From Epithemia pelagica (lineage: Eukaryota; Protista; Bacillariophyta), in contig OX337229.1 of assembly GCA_946965045.2 (NCBI GenBank), forward strand, positions 4,030,001-4,094,000: a DNA stretch of 64,000 nt. Direction: 5' to 3'. Position numbers and translations under genes: made by a program. Below the pieces are notes generated by a model, which was given only the letters and a program-made list of their open reading frames with translations, did no database searches and was not told where the DNA came from. Below are positions 8,636-20,044 of this stretch, piece by piece. Within the stretch, counting starts at the first letter, position 1; each line of letters starts with the position of its first letter.

Positions 8636-10354
8636 GTGACAATGACGGAACCTTCTACGACGACGGCAACCTCTACTGACAACATGGAGGACAATGCAAG
8701 CACCAACACTCAGACTATCGACAATCAGGCGATTCCTTATGAAGGCGAAGAGAAGGAATACACCCTCAAGTTTCTTTTCCGCCCCAAGGCAAGTAAAAAC
8801 ACCAACGTCGCCAAGAACCACTACGCTATTCTCCAAGCAATGCTTCAAGTGTTTCCAGAGATCATCCTGTACAACAACCACGGTGAAGTCCTCAATCCCA
8901 AGAAAATCAAGACCATCCTGAACTACAACGACTACTTACGCAACTTTAACTTGCACTTTTCCAAGGGCAATGCTGACAAGAACCGTTCTCCGATATACAT
9001 TGTCGTTCACCGCATCCGATCTCGCATCCCTGTGAGCCATATCAGGCGTCACAACACTATCTTTCATATCCTCTCACAAGGCCGTGCCAAAATGACAGTA
9101 CATGGTTGGAGCGAAGATGAAATTCGCATCTCTAACATTGGTTTCTTTGTGGGCTTTGATCCTAGCAATATCTTACACGAAGACATGGAAGAATGGGTCA
9201 GGAAACAGATTTTCAAAAATACCGGTACCTCCCTGAGGAAAATACCTAAGTTCCGTTGTGGTTTCTCTTCTCCATTCCTCGTGGATGAAGATGATAATCG
9301 CTTCTCAACCAAGACCTTCGATCTCCAATGCCGCCAACAAGACGCTAGAGAAATGATCGAGCTACTCTCCACGACGTTCAATGAGAATCCACCCTTCATG
9401 TTCCATGGAGTTCGACACTCGAATCCTGACACATACAGACGCGCCATTCTCCGACAAAACTCTTACCTCAAGAAATGCCAAATCGTTCCTATTGAAGGCC
9501 TCTCGTCAGATATGCTCTGGTACGGAATGCGCTCGCGCATTACTAGCATCGCAGGAGTTCGCAGAGTCACTAAACATAGAAACACAGCTGAAAAAGGCAG
9601 GTGGAGCATTCACACAGACATGCTCCACTTCAGTCAAGTCGTTACAGAGATAAAAGAAAATTTGACCAAATGGAGTGACGAAGTTTGTGAAGCAAACACA
9701 ATCCAGACCGGCTACACATTTCTTCCCAGGTTGGCTTTCAAGAAAAACAAATTTGATGAGGACGATGATGATGACGAATCACGGGCTAGTTCCTTTCAAA
9801 CATATATGTCTGCTTGCAGTTCCCTATATAACGCAGATGATGACGACTGCATGAACCCCCCATCTGATTCGGCACCAGTGGCTCAAGCCTGGGTTTGCCC
9901 TATCCAAATTAAAACTGTCGTGGCTGGACAGAAGACAGAAGAGGCCCAGAGCCAAATTACACAAGACGACTACGACAAGCTCAAACTTGAAAACGATAAA
10001 CTCACCCGCGAAATTCGCGAGCTGAAGGATCAGTTTAAGCAATTCATTGAAGAGCAAAAGAAGGCTCGCAATCACACCGTCTCCGTACAAGAGCAAATGG
10101 ATTTCAAAGCTCTTCTCAAGGCTGCAATGGCGGAAATACGTGAAGAACTTACTTTGACTTCAACAAACACCACCCATCCAAACAATAATAGCGAAGGAAA
10201 TCGGGCAGATGCACAGGAGCACGCCAATAACGATTCAAACGAAGGAGCTGCGTCTACACTTGACGCTAGCATGGCACAGGCAAATTTGTCCTTTCAGGCG
10301 GACGAATCCCTGATGCAATCAAGCATGTTTAGCCATGACTCGGTCACAGGATAG
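8636..10354 (+). CDS. LINE ORF1 protein (572 aa) with a C-terminal coiled-coil-like segment
   Basis: Long ORF at the 5' end of the element; YDKLKLENDKLTREIRELKDQF heptads; overlaps ORF2 by 20 nt. Confidence 0.85.
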   Translation: MTMTEPSTTTATSTDNMEDNASTNTQTIDNQAIPYEGEEKEYTLKFLFRPKASKNTNVAKNHYAILQAMLQVFPEIILYNNHGEVLNPKKIKTILNYNDYLRNFNLHFSKGNADKNRSPIYIVVHRIRSRIPVSHIRRHNTIFHILSQGRAKMTVHGWSEDEIRISNIGFFVGFDPSNILHEDMEEWVRKQIFKNTGTSLRKIPKFRCGFSSPFLVDEDDNRFSTKTFDLQCRQQDAREMIELLSTTFNENPPFMFHGVRHSNPDTYRRAILRQNSYLKKCQIVPIEGLSSDMLWYGMRSRITSIAGVRRVTKHRNTAEKGRWSIHTDMLHFSQVVTEIKENLTKWSDEVCEANTIQTGYTFLPRLAFKKNKFDEDDDDDESRASSFQTYMSACSSLYNADDDDCMNPPSDSAPVAQAWVCPIQIKTVVAGQKTEEAQSQITQDDYDKLKLENDKLTREIRELKDQFKQFIEEQKKARNHTVSVQEQMDFKALLKAAMAEIREELTLTSTNTTHPNNNSEGNRADAQEHANNDSNEGAASTLDASMAQANLSFQADESLMQSSMFSHDSVTG

Positions 10355-13300
10355 AGCGAACTATGTAAGCGATTACATAGAATATCCTCTTAACGACTAC
10401 ATGCATGACTTTTCTCCTAACAACATTGACAATGATACACTAGACGAAACAACAGACAATACAAGTGAAGACCTACTACAAGACCTATCTGATCAAACAC
10501 AACAACAACGCAACTACGCATCGAACCCCTACATTGGAACCGAACCACAAGAAGGAAAAGAAGACTACATATATAGAGTGTATGGAGCAAACGTCAACGG
10601 CTTTAACATTGGAAAAGATGGAGCTGAATTCTCCGAATTTTGTGAAGAAATGAGACAACTAGAAGTAGACACGTGGTGCAACTTCGAATTGAATCTAGAT
10701 ACCTTGAAGCCCCGAGTCCGTGATATCATGCAAAACACTATTTGGAAGCATTTTGACCACTCGAAAATGAAAACAAGCACATCTTCAATATCTCTGAATC
10801 GCCGAAGTAACTTTAAACCAGGAGGAACATTAATCGCTACACAGGGACACACGTGTGGACGAGTAATTTACCAAGGCAATGACAAACTGGGAAGATGGAG
10901 TTATCAAATTCTCTCCTGTAAAAACAGACGAACTCTCACTATTGTCTCGGCTTATCAAGTTTGTCAACAACAAATCGTCGTCAACAACCGGGTCAAATCT
11001 AGTACCGCCTCTGCGCAGCAGACAAGCCTACTACGACAACAGGGACGTCAAGAAAATCCGAGGCAAGCATTCGTGAAAGACCTGCAACAGTTTCTACAGC
11101 AGCGACTTGATGACGACTCGGAATTGCTAGTCTTGGGCGACTTCAATGAACCATTGAACGGTGACATGGATGGAATGACTCAGCTCTGTTCAAATTTACA
11201 ACTCTGCGATCTGATGACCCAAGTGACTGGCACCGAAACAGATTTTGGGACACATGTAAGAGGCCGGCAACGCATTGATTATGCGTTGTGTACAGAATTG
11301 GTGGCACAAAGTGCAATACGCGGATGCTATGAACCCTTTGGACAAAGAGGCAAGGGAAACCATCGCAATATGTTACTAGACTTCGATACAAGGATCTTGT
11401 TTGGAAATCTGACTCAGGCTCTTGGTCCGATCTCCACGCGAGAGTTCTCTGCTAAAGACCGCTCAGCGGTACGGATTTATCTTTTGAACAAACACAAATA
11501 TCTACAAGATCACAATTTCGCGCATCGACTGGAAGAACTTGAGACGAATTGGTCGCCAGAAACGATAGAACAACTTGATGCTGATTTTCAACGCGCCGGC
11601 AAAGTAGCAGCTAACAAGTGTATCAAGAAGCCAAGACACATCGCTTATGTACAAGAACTCGCTGACCTCCGTCGCAAAAAGAACATTTTACTCAAATTGA
11701 TATCTGAACACAAACTGAAACGTTCCTTTGCATCGGGGATTGCTCATGAGACGCGCTTTGGGTGCTCTTACCGCTTACCTACAACTCTTGAAGACTGTGT
11801 TGAACAATGTAAGGAAACCCAAAAGAAAATCCAAGACATGACAAAAGAAGCCGCTACGAAACGGCGTAAGGAACAACAGACGGCCTTAGAAACTGCTCAA
11901 GCGCAAGGTGACAAGCGTACTGTCAAGGCAATCAAACATAGACTAGCTGCCGAACGAACAAAGGCAATGTTTAACAAGATCAGACAGTACCGTGGTACTC
12001 AAAAGACGGGAATTACAAGGCTGGAAGTACCTGCTGATGCCACAAACATGGATTATGAACGATGCACCGAATGGATAACCATCGATACTCCGGCAGAAAT
12101 TGAAAGCCGGTTGCTACAAAGAAACCAAAAGCACTTTGGTCAAGCTCATGGAACGTTTCCGACACAACAACCTTTCTCCGAGTGGGTGGACTGGGGAGCC
12201 TCTTCCCATACCGCTGAGCTGATTCTCGAGGGACAATGGGAGTCTAATGAACTCGATGACTTACAGCAATGCTTACTGCAACACATGGAACGCCGTACTG
12301 AGCTCGACATGATCAAGGATACGATTTCTATAGAGGAATGGTGTGGAAAGATACAAGCGTGGCCAGAAACTACAACGACATCACCGAGCGGATTTCATCT
12401 CACTCATAGCAAGGCACTTCTTGCAACACACGACCTTGATCCTGAAACAGAGGAGGCACAAGAACTTGAACGGAAACGCAACGACCTAATCGAGTGGCAA
12501 GTCAAATTACTCAACGGTGCTATCAAGCATCAGTATTCTCTGGAAAGATGGCAGAAGATAGTGAACGTCATGATTTTAAAAGAACCGGCAAACATCAAGA
12601 TACACCGACTGAGAGTAATACATCTCTATGAGCAAGACTACAATCTGCTCTTGGCGGTTAAATGGCGAAAACTAATTCAACACGGAGCGAAACATCAACT
12701 ACTACATGATTCTCAATTTGGAGCAGTTCCTGGTCGTGACGCAGTTCTGCCCACACTTATCGAAGAGTTTCAGTATGAGATTAGTCGCGCGAGCAAGAGG
12801 CCTATGATTCACCTCGATTACGACGCAACGGCATGTTATGACCGAATCATCATGTCTTTTGGTGGCTTAGCATCACGGAGCTTCGGGCAACATCGGTCAG
12901 TGGTCTTCATTAACGCAAAGACATTAGAAGAAGCACGGTACTATCTTAAAACGCAATAAGGCGTTTCTGATCGTTACTACAAGCACTGCACAATCTATCC
13001 GATCTACGGATCAGGACAAGGCGCTGGAAACTCCCCAGCAATCTGGTGCGTCGTTAGTTCGATTCTCTTTGAAACATACGATGAGAAGGCACACGGGGCA
13101 ACGTTTTATTCTCCTGATCGCAAAACCACGGCTCAAGTTCTGATGATTGGCTTCGTCGACGACACAAGCGGGAGCGTGAATGACTTTCTCCTCCCAGCTG
13201 CGGCTCCTCCAGAACACTATACTCAACTAGCAACAGATGATGCTCAGCGGTGGAACGATCTCCTATCCTTATCTGGTGGATCTCTCAATCAGCAAAAATG

Positions 13301-16163
13301 CTCTTATCATTTTCTTTATTACGACTTCACTATTGACGGCCTTCCATTTCTCAAGAGTGGTCGATTCGGTCCTACTATTACCATCACTTCCAACCCAACG
13401 ACTGTTAGTCCTATTCGACAACTATCCGCGTACGATAGTCATAAAACGTTGGGTGTTCACAAGGCACCGTCGTCTACAGATAATTCGCAATTCCAGGCAT
13501 TGAGAAAGAAAAACCAAGAGCATGCTCGAGTGGTCGCCAGTAGTCCCCTCTCCCGGACAGACGTCTGGGCCTATTATGCCATTTATCTGCCCAGCATGAC
13601 TTACGTGTTTCCTTCTTCATCACTGTCGGTCGAACACTGTGACCAACTGCAGAAAGAGTTTAAAAAGGTTTTTCTACCGAAATATGGGTATAATCGTCAC
13701 ACTCCAAACGCTGTGGTCTTTGGAAACTCGGATTTTGGGGGTCTTGGGCTCCGTACTTTGTCGATTGAACGGGGTATTGCACAGATATATGGCTTGTTGG
13801 CATGTTTACGTTCCAATGGAGTTGCTTCCCAGTTGGCCACAATTATGTTGGGATGGGGCCAGATGTTGGCCGGTACAAGTACACCGATTCTTATGGATCC
13901 ATCGATTACTCTTCCCCATCTTGATCCTATGGTATGGATTCCACCGCTGCGAGAATCATTGCACCAGTTGGGGTGCACTATAGAAGTTCATAGCGCCTTT
14001 GTTCCTAAACTTCAACGGGATTCGGATATGTTTGTAATGGATCACGCCATTCAGGTGTTCCAGCGACCTACGGACTTGCAACTTATCAATGCTTGTCGAC
14101 TGTATCTTGGGATTACTTTGCTTAGCGACATGGTGACACCAGAAGGACGCCAAATTTGTCAATTTGCACTCCAAGGCTATCACTCTACTCAAAGTCAACC
14201 AAAACTTCTTTTCCCCTATCAACAGCGTCCTGGAAACAAGGCCTGGCTGCTCTGGAAAAAGTTTCTACGTACATTTCTTCGGCAAGGCACTGCATGCGAT
14301 CTTCAAGTACCATTGGGTAAATGGCACGTCACAGGCGCGTCATTACACCGAGAATGGAATACGTACTTATTGCAGGATCAGCGTTTACTCCTCGTGCGGT
14401 CTCCCTCAACTACACGGTTCCGTGTTCATGTTCCGACCTTGGACAATCGCGGTTTCGTCGCCACTAATCAAGAGTACACTATTCTTCCCTCGTGCGCTCT
14501 CCCAGCTTTTACGATGCAACGCAACAACGTTCACATTTTAGCTCGACTGGCCGGGGCAGTCCCTCCCGATCCTCCCTGTCCCTCACCAACCACGTTTGCA
14601 CAATTGGTTTCGACGCTTGAACCATGGGAACACGATCTGCTTTGCGGTACAAAATTTTTATGCCCCATTGAGACACTTCGACATACATTTGAGTCCCTCC
14701 TATCCTCGAATGTCTTTCCTCTTCATCTGTGTGGCGATGGATCTGTTGCCGATTTCACAGGTTCTTTTGGTGGATCATGCGCTGATGATACTGGAACTCG
14801 GCTGATTCATCTGAAGGGGCCTGCACCAGGCTATCGTACCACTTCTTACAGAGCCGAAAGTTATGCCTTTCTTGCATGGCTTCGCCTGGTCTTTCGTTTA
14901 TGCGAATTCTTCGGGTGTCCACTACCCTCCAACTTGGTATTCTATTCCGACTCCAAAAGTATGCTGGACACAATACAACAACGGTTAGAATGGACTGTCG
15001 ATTATCCGTATACAACAATGAGTCCGGATTGGGATTTGCATCAAGCGATTACATCTACCATACGTCGATTTTCAGACATACCACATTGCTGTCACGTGAA
15101 AGGACATCAGGATCGATATCATGCCTTCGATGAACTCTCTCTTCCTGCACAATTGAATGTCGAAGCGGATGAGCTTGCCTCTCAGTACACATTTCCACCG
15201 TCTCTTAATCCTACCAAGGTTCCACTCGTCGAAGGTACTGTGGCCTTGCTACACGGTCCGAAAGGCACAATCACAGCGAATTATCGAGCGGTGCTTCGTC
15301 GCTGCCACAATGAACCCTTAATTCAAGAGCACATCTGCCGCAAGCAGGGGTGGAATCATGAGACTTGGCAACTGGTTGATTGGACGTCTCACTGTAGCGC
15401 TGTACGTGCCAATTATACGCGACGCCACTTTTTGTCTAAGTATCTCCATAACTGGCTCCCACTTGGCGACCTGATCTCCCGCTACGCAGACCACTACGTT
15501 GAGACATGTGCATCTTGTAATGCCAATATCTGCGAAGACCGCGACCATTTTCTCCGATGCCCTGCACGCCGTTCGTGGATTGGCCCTTTATTCGACGACC
15601 TTAACACATTCTGGCAGGAACAGTCGGTTGATGCTTCGTTGATTGACTTGCTCACTACTGCTGTTCGTTCGTGGCTTGACTCTACACCAATTTCCTTTGA
15701 TAACTTGACACCACCCCTGGCCCGTCTTGTGGCTCAACAGACTTTAATTGGCTGGGACCAGCTTTTTCTTGGACGGTTTGCTCTTACTTGGTCCTCCTTG
15801 CAGGATCTTCATCTCTCCTCCCTCGGGATCTCTTCCTCCTTTATATCTGGCCGGGTCTTTGTCACCGGCACCATCAAACTTATATTCTCCCACACGTTCT
15901 CTCTTTGGCTACGACGAAATGAAGATGTTCACGGCCGTGATTCTGCCACTCGAGAAGCTGCTGCCTGTGTACTTGCTCAACGAGAAATTCGTTGTCTGTA
16001 TGCTCATCGCTTATCTGTCCCCACTGAGATTCAACAAGTCTTCTACTCTACTCCAGACGAACATTTCCAACTTCATACAACTTCATCCTCTCTCCAGGCT
16101 TGGCTTGCCACCTGGGCACCAGTCATTCTCCGTTCCACTACCCTTCCACATTCCAATGGTTAG
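10335..16163 (+). pseudogene. LINE ORF2 (APE endonuclease, RT, RNase H, C-terminal CCHC-like) with one in-frame TAA at 12957-12959
   Basis: APE motifs GANVNG, LGDFNE, IDYAL. RT motifs DYDATACYDR, GSGQGAGNSP, GFVDD. RNase H motifs CGDGS, RAESYA, YSDSKS, HVKGHQD, NVEADELA. Also CASC..DRDHFLRC. ORFs 10335-12959 and 13143-16163 share a frame. Confidence 0.93.
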
Positions 16164-16600
16164 CTAACATCATTATCTTGTTAGTCCTCGCCCTTCTGGG
16201 GCCGGGCGCGTCGGTCGACTTATTCCGCGTGGATAGCGTTAAAATAGACTATCACTTTTTTTTTTTCCAAAAGCACGACACACATGCGACCCGACCACTC
16301 ACCCCTACTTGGGGGTACTCGAGCGTTGTCCACTTGTATCGAAGTGTTCGCCTTTGTTCGAGCAAGAGAGACGCAGACATACGATTGAGAAGATAGATTC
16401 GCATTGCTACTTGCCACAGACGAGGGGCTTTTGTCGTTCAGACGACGAGGTAGAAGAAGACCCTCTTGTTCGTGAACAGAACAACACGGCACTTTGGTCG
16501 AGTTCGATCACCACAGAGCGTTTCGCAATTCGTCGCAATCCTACACGCTGCCACCATTCTTCGCTCCACCACCCACAACAACAAGTCGGTCGTTGCTGCC

Positions 16601-18364
16601 ATGACAAACCCCACCACACACGCAACGTCGTCGTCGTCATGGGCGGTTCCTGCGACGGCCACAGAATCAGACCGTCTTGTGCCTCCGCAACCGCACTCAC
16701 GATGGACAACAACAACAACGACGACAATAACCACTAGTGGGACAACGGTGCCGTTTTCGTTTGGAGAAGATCCTACTGAACATGGTGGTGGTGGGACAAG
16801 TTTTGGGACAACACGGTCGAGCTTCTTGGAGGAGGAGAACGATACCCAGTCTGTTTCGTTGAAGGACAAGGGCATTGGACGACACGATCCATTTTGGAGC
16901 TCGTCTACAACAACGAATATTACTACGACGTCACGGAGCAGCAGCAGCAGCACCATTGCGGGATGTTGCCTGAATTTGACCAATGCTATAATGGGTGCCG
17001 GATGCATTGGCTATGGCAGTGTCATGGCCCAATCGGGAGGTCTGGTCACTCTCATTCTCATGACGACCGTTGCGCTTCTCATGAAGGTATCCTTTGATTG
17101 GTTGATTCAATTGTCCTTGTTGGCCCACCAAAAACAACAAGTGGCCCCCAATAGTGGTGGTAGTGGTGAAAGGAGGACCCAACCATCGTACGAGACCTTG
17201 GCGCTTTATTCGGGATGTGGTGGTGGTTCTTCCTGGGGCTTGTGGACCTTGTTGGCTTGCAAGGGATTCTATTCCTTGGGTTGTATGGTTGCCTACATTG
17301 TCATTATTCACGACAATTTGGCATTGGGCTTGCAGGGACTGTTTGTCGTATGGTCTCCGACCGAGACTCCTCCTCCTTCCAGCAGTAGTAGTGTGATGAC
17401 AACATTGGTTCTGTGTGGCACGGTCATGTTGCCGCTTTGTTTGTTGCGAAATGTATCTCTGTTGGAACGCTTCTCCAGTACCAAGCTTGTTCTCTATGGA
17501 CTCTTGTTGCTGATTGTGGCCTATCTGTACATGACTCTACCATCTTCGTCTTCTTCTTCTTCTCCACAAGACTTGCCGTCACCACCATCGTTTTACAAAC
17601 AATGGTTGGAAATTCGACCCGGTATTTTTGCCAACATGGGTACCATTGTCTTGTCCTTTGAAGCCGCCCAAAACATTTTTACCTTTTATCATTCCTTACA
17701 GACCCACAATCGCAATTTGCGTGATTGGGGTACCGTCACGAGTCGATCGATTGGCGTGTCCTACCTCGTCTTTGTGGCACTGGCTGTCTTGGCCTACTTG
17801 ACGTATGGTACCGATACAGCCTCGGATTTGTTGCTGCAATACCCTTCGAATTTGCCCATTGTCAGCATTGCCCGAATCGTACTCAGCCTCGCCATGCCCT
17901 TGACGTATCCCATGCCCATGTTTGCCGTACGAGAAACCTTGGCCTTGCTGCTCTTTAAGTCCAACCAAGAAACTGCTGCAAGTCCAAAGATGCAACAGGA
18001 CAAGCAACAGGATGATTATGATCATCCCCACAAGGACGAAGAGAGCCACGTTTCATCCACGCTTTATACGAGAGAAACAACGACCAGCACAAGTACGACA
18101 TGGCTGCAACACGTGTCCTTGACAATTGTCCTGTTTGTTGTGAGTATTGCGTTGGCTCTGAGTGGTGCTTCCTTGGGACAAGTATTGAATTTGATTGGTT
18201 GCGTCAGTGGAACCATGATTAGTTTTGTTCTGCCGGCCCTCTTTTCCTATTCCCTTCAGGGCTGGACATGGAGGGGTGTCCTCTTGGGGACGGTGGGAAC
18301 CCTGGTGGGTATTGTGGGGACTGGCTACAGTCTCGCCGATTTATGGGTTGGACCAGGACAGTAG
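16601..18364 (+). CDS. Amino-acid transporter, Aa_trans/SLC38-like, paralog 1
   Basis: NLTNAIMGAGCIG motif, about 11 hydrophobic segments, LTYPMP and LNLIG motifs. The ORF is open from 16466; 16601 is the first ATG. Confidence 0.9.
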   Translation: MTNPTTHATSSSSWAVPATATESDRLVPPQPHSRWTTTTTTTITTSGTTVPFSFGEDPTEHGGGGTSFGTTRSSFLEEENDTQSVSLKDKGIGRHDPFWSSSTTTNITTTSRSSSSSTIAGCCLNLTNAIMGAGCIGYGSVMAQSGGLVTLILMTTVALLMKVSFDWLIQLSLLAHQKQQVAPNSGGSGERRTQPSYETLALYSGCGGGSSWGLWTLLACKGFYSLGCMVAYIVIIHDNLALGLQGLFVVWSPTETPPPSSSSSVMTTLVLCGTVMLPLCLLRNVSLLERFSSTKLVLYGLLLLIVAYLYMTLPSSSSSSSPQDLPSPPSFYKQWLEIRPGIFANMGTIVLSFEAAQNIFTFYHSLQTHNRNLRDWGTVTSRSIGVSYLVFVALAVLAYLTYGTDTASDLLLQYPSNLPIVSIARIVLSLAMPLTYPMPMFAVRETLALLLFKSNQETAASPKMQQDKQQDDYDHPHKDEESHVSSTLYTRETTTSTSTTWLQHVSLTIVLFVVSIALALSGASLGQVLNLIGCVSGTMISFVLPALFSYSLQGWTWRGVLLGTVGTLVGIVGTGYSLADLWVGPGQ

Positions 18365-18753
18365 AAACTGACAAATGGTACGGACATGACTAACCCACGA
18401 ACCCTGGACAATAATTCGGAACCACACATGACTGTCCTGTTGGTATGAGTTGCATGGTGGTAGTTGCCAGGAAAAGGCGCAAAGCTGGATATCGTGAAAT
18501 GGTGTCCAATGCTACCGAGAGGTAACGAGATGGGATCCATGGCCCTTCCTCTGCTGACTCGCTCGGAATCGATCTTCCCGTACCACTTGATTGGTATGCG
18601 ACTGAGTGATGCGAGAAAAACTCGATTTGTTGGGTAACAGAGCCCTATGTTATGACCTATGTTTGCGACGTTCCCACTTCCAACGTCGCATGGTCCATAG
18701 CAGACTATACAAGGCTGTTAGCTTCGATGTAGGGTGGAGGTGGAACGCTGAGA

Positions 18754-19935
18754 TTACCCATAAATCCCATCCATGTCTTCAATTTCTTGGTCACCGACAG
18801 AGTACAACATGTCGCTAATTTCTTCAACTGGCCAACCAGGCTCAAACCAGAGAGAAATGGAAACTTTGTCCCCCTCGCGAGGATAATTCAGACGTTCCAT
18901 GACCACATCTACACGATTGGCCGAGCCATTGTAAAAGGCCGCTTGTTTGATATTTTGTTGGTGACATTGGAACCAGGCAGGGGCAAAACTCATAAAGGGA
19001 AGGAAATCACTAGAAGCATCCCAATGAAGCTGCGAAAAACCCTTAGTTCCCTCCGGATGCGAAGTTCCGCGGTGAAGAGTGACGTTATGGCGTGCAATTT
19101 CTGTATCAGGCACCATTTGGTAAACATACCCGTCGTTGCACATAGGATTTGCAGGTAGTATTCAATGTTCGTTCGAGCTACCTTGGCTCCAATACGGGGA
19201 AAGCTCTGGTACAACTTTCCGTCGTGCTCGTACTCAAGGTGCAGCTTTGCGCATTCCCCAGGTTGCATCGACAGGACCTTCGCCATTGACAAACCCTCCT
19301 TGACCAGCGGGTATGTTGTCAGCCAGGACTGGAAAATTCCTCGAAGGTAACAAAGTTCAAAGCGGGCCTTTTGAGAATCTGGTAAAGATGCATCATGAAA
19401 AAGAGGGATATGCGTGGGCGCGTCCGGAATCTGGCCAGTTCGAACACCATTAAGAATGGCACGAAAAGCCGCATGTGACTCCCTGGGGTACAGGGCACGG
19501 TAGACCCGTAATTCTTCTTCTTCGATTGAACGTTCTTCGGGCATGGTGAATGAGAGCTCAGGATGTATCAACGTTGTTTCGGGATGGTAGAGTGGTTGCT
19601 GTTGTTGATTCCCGTTTTTTTTTCTATTTCGCTTTCGTTGCGTGTCTCGACATTGCGTTGCGTGTCTCGACATTTCGTTGCGTGTCTTGACACTGAGGAA
19701 ACTCGACAGATACCCCCAAAGTCTGAGTTCTTGGAGATGCTTCCATTGTTATCACTCTATCTATCCTCCTACGAGAAAGGTTACCCGAAGGAGGGATGGT
19801 AGCCGGGCGAACTTCAGTCGCCGTAAAGTTGCATGCCACCTCCAGAATCGCCGCTTCGCGTTTTCTTGTATCTTTGGGCACTACTTTCTTTCTGTGGTTC
19901 TTCGTCACTTCTCGTTCTTCTTCTTCATGCTGCAC
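18754..19935 (-). pseudogene. Probable frameshifted gene of unknown function
   Basis: Three successive overlapping minus-strand ORFs (19624-19935, 18990-19673, 18754-19143) with protein-like composition; no motif recognised. Confidence 0.3.
19636..19693. repeat. 20-bp tandem repeat, about 3 copies
   Basis: cgttgcgtgtctcgacatt(g/t) three times. Confidence 0.9.
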
Positions 19936-20044
19936 CTCTGGCTCTGAAGCTCGTGCCGACCTGATACCCTAACCGATGCGCGCCCGAATCAGCTTCATCT
20001 TGTTCCACAGACTTTGTTCAGACAGATATACTAGATAATTGGTC

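Larger units (their letters stand above)
8531..16266 (+). mobile_element. Full-length non-LTR retrotransposon (APE-RT-RNase H, Ambal/L1-group-like), 7.7 kb
   Basis: 19-bp TSD ccaaaagcacgacacacat at 8512-8530 and 16267-16285; ORF1 and ORF2; T11 tail at 16256-16266. The clade name is from recalled literature, not a search. Confidence 0.92.

Noticed and set aside
16180-16220. TCCTCGC in the LINE 3' motif resembles the HDV ribozyme L3 loop
   Set aside because: P3 (TAG/CTA) forms only in copy 2, and no upstream P1 partner exists in either copy.
16201-16248. GCCGGGCGCG resembles the 7SL/Alu 5' end, and GTTAAAATA resembles Cas9 tracrRNA
   Set aside because: These are 9-10 nt matches only; the rest of those RNAs is absent, so chance is sufficient.
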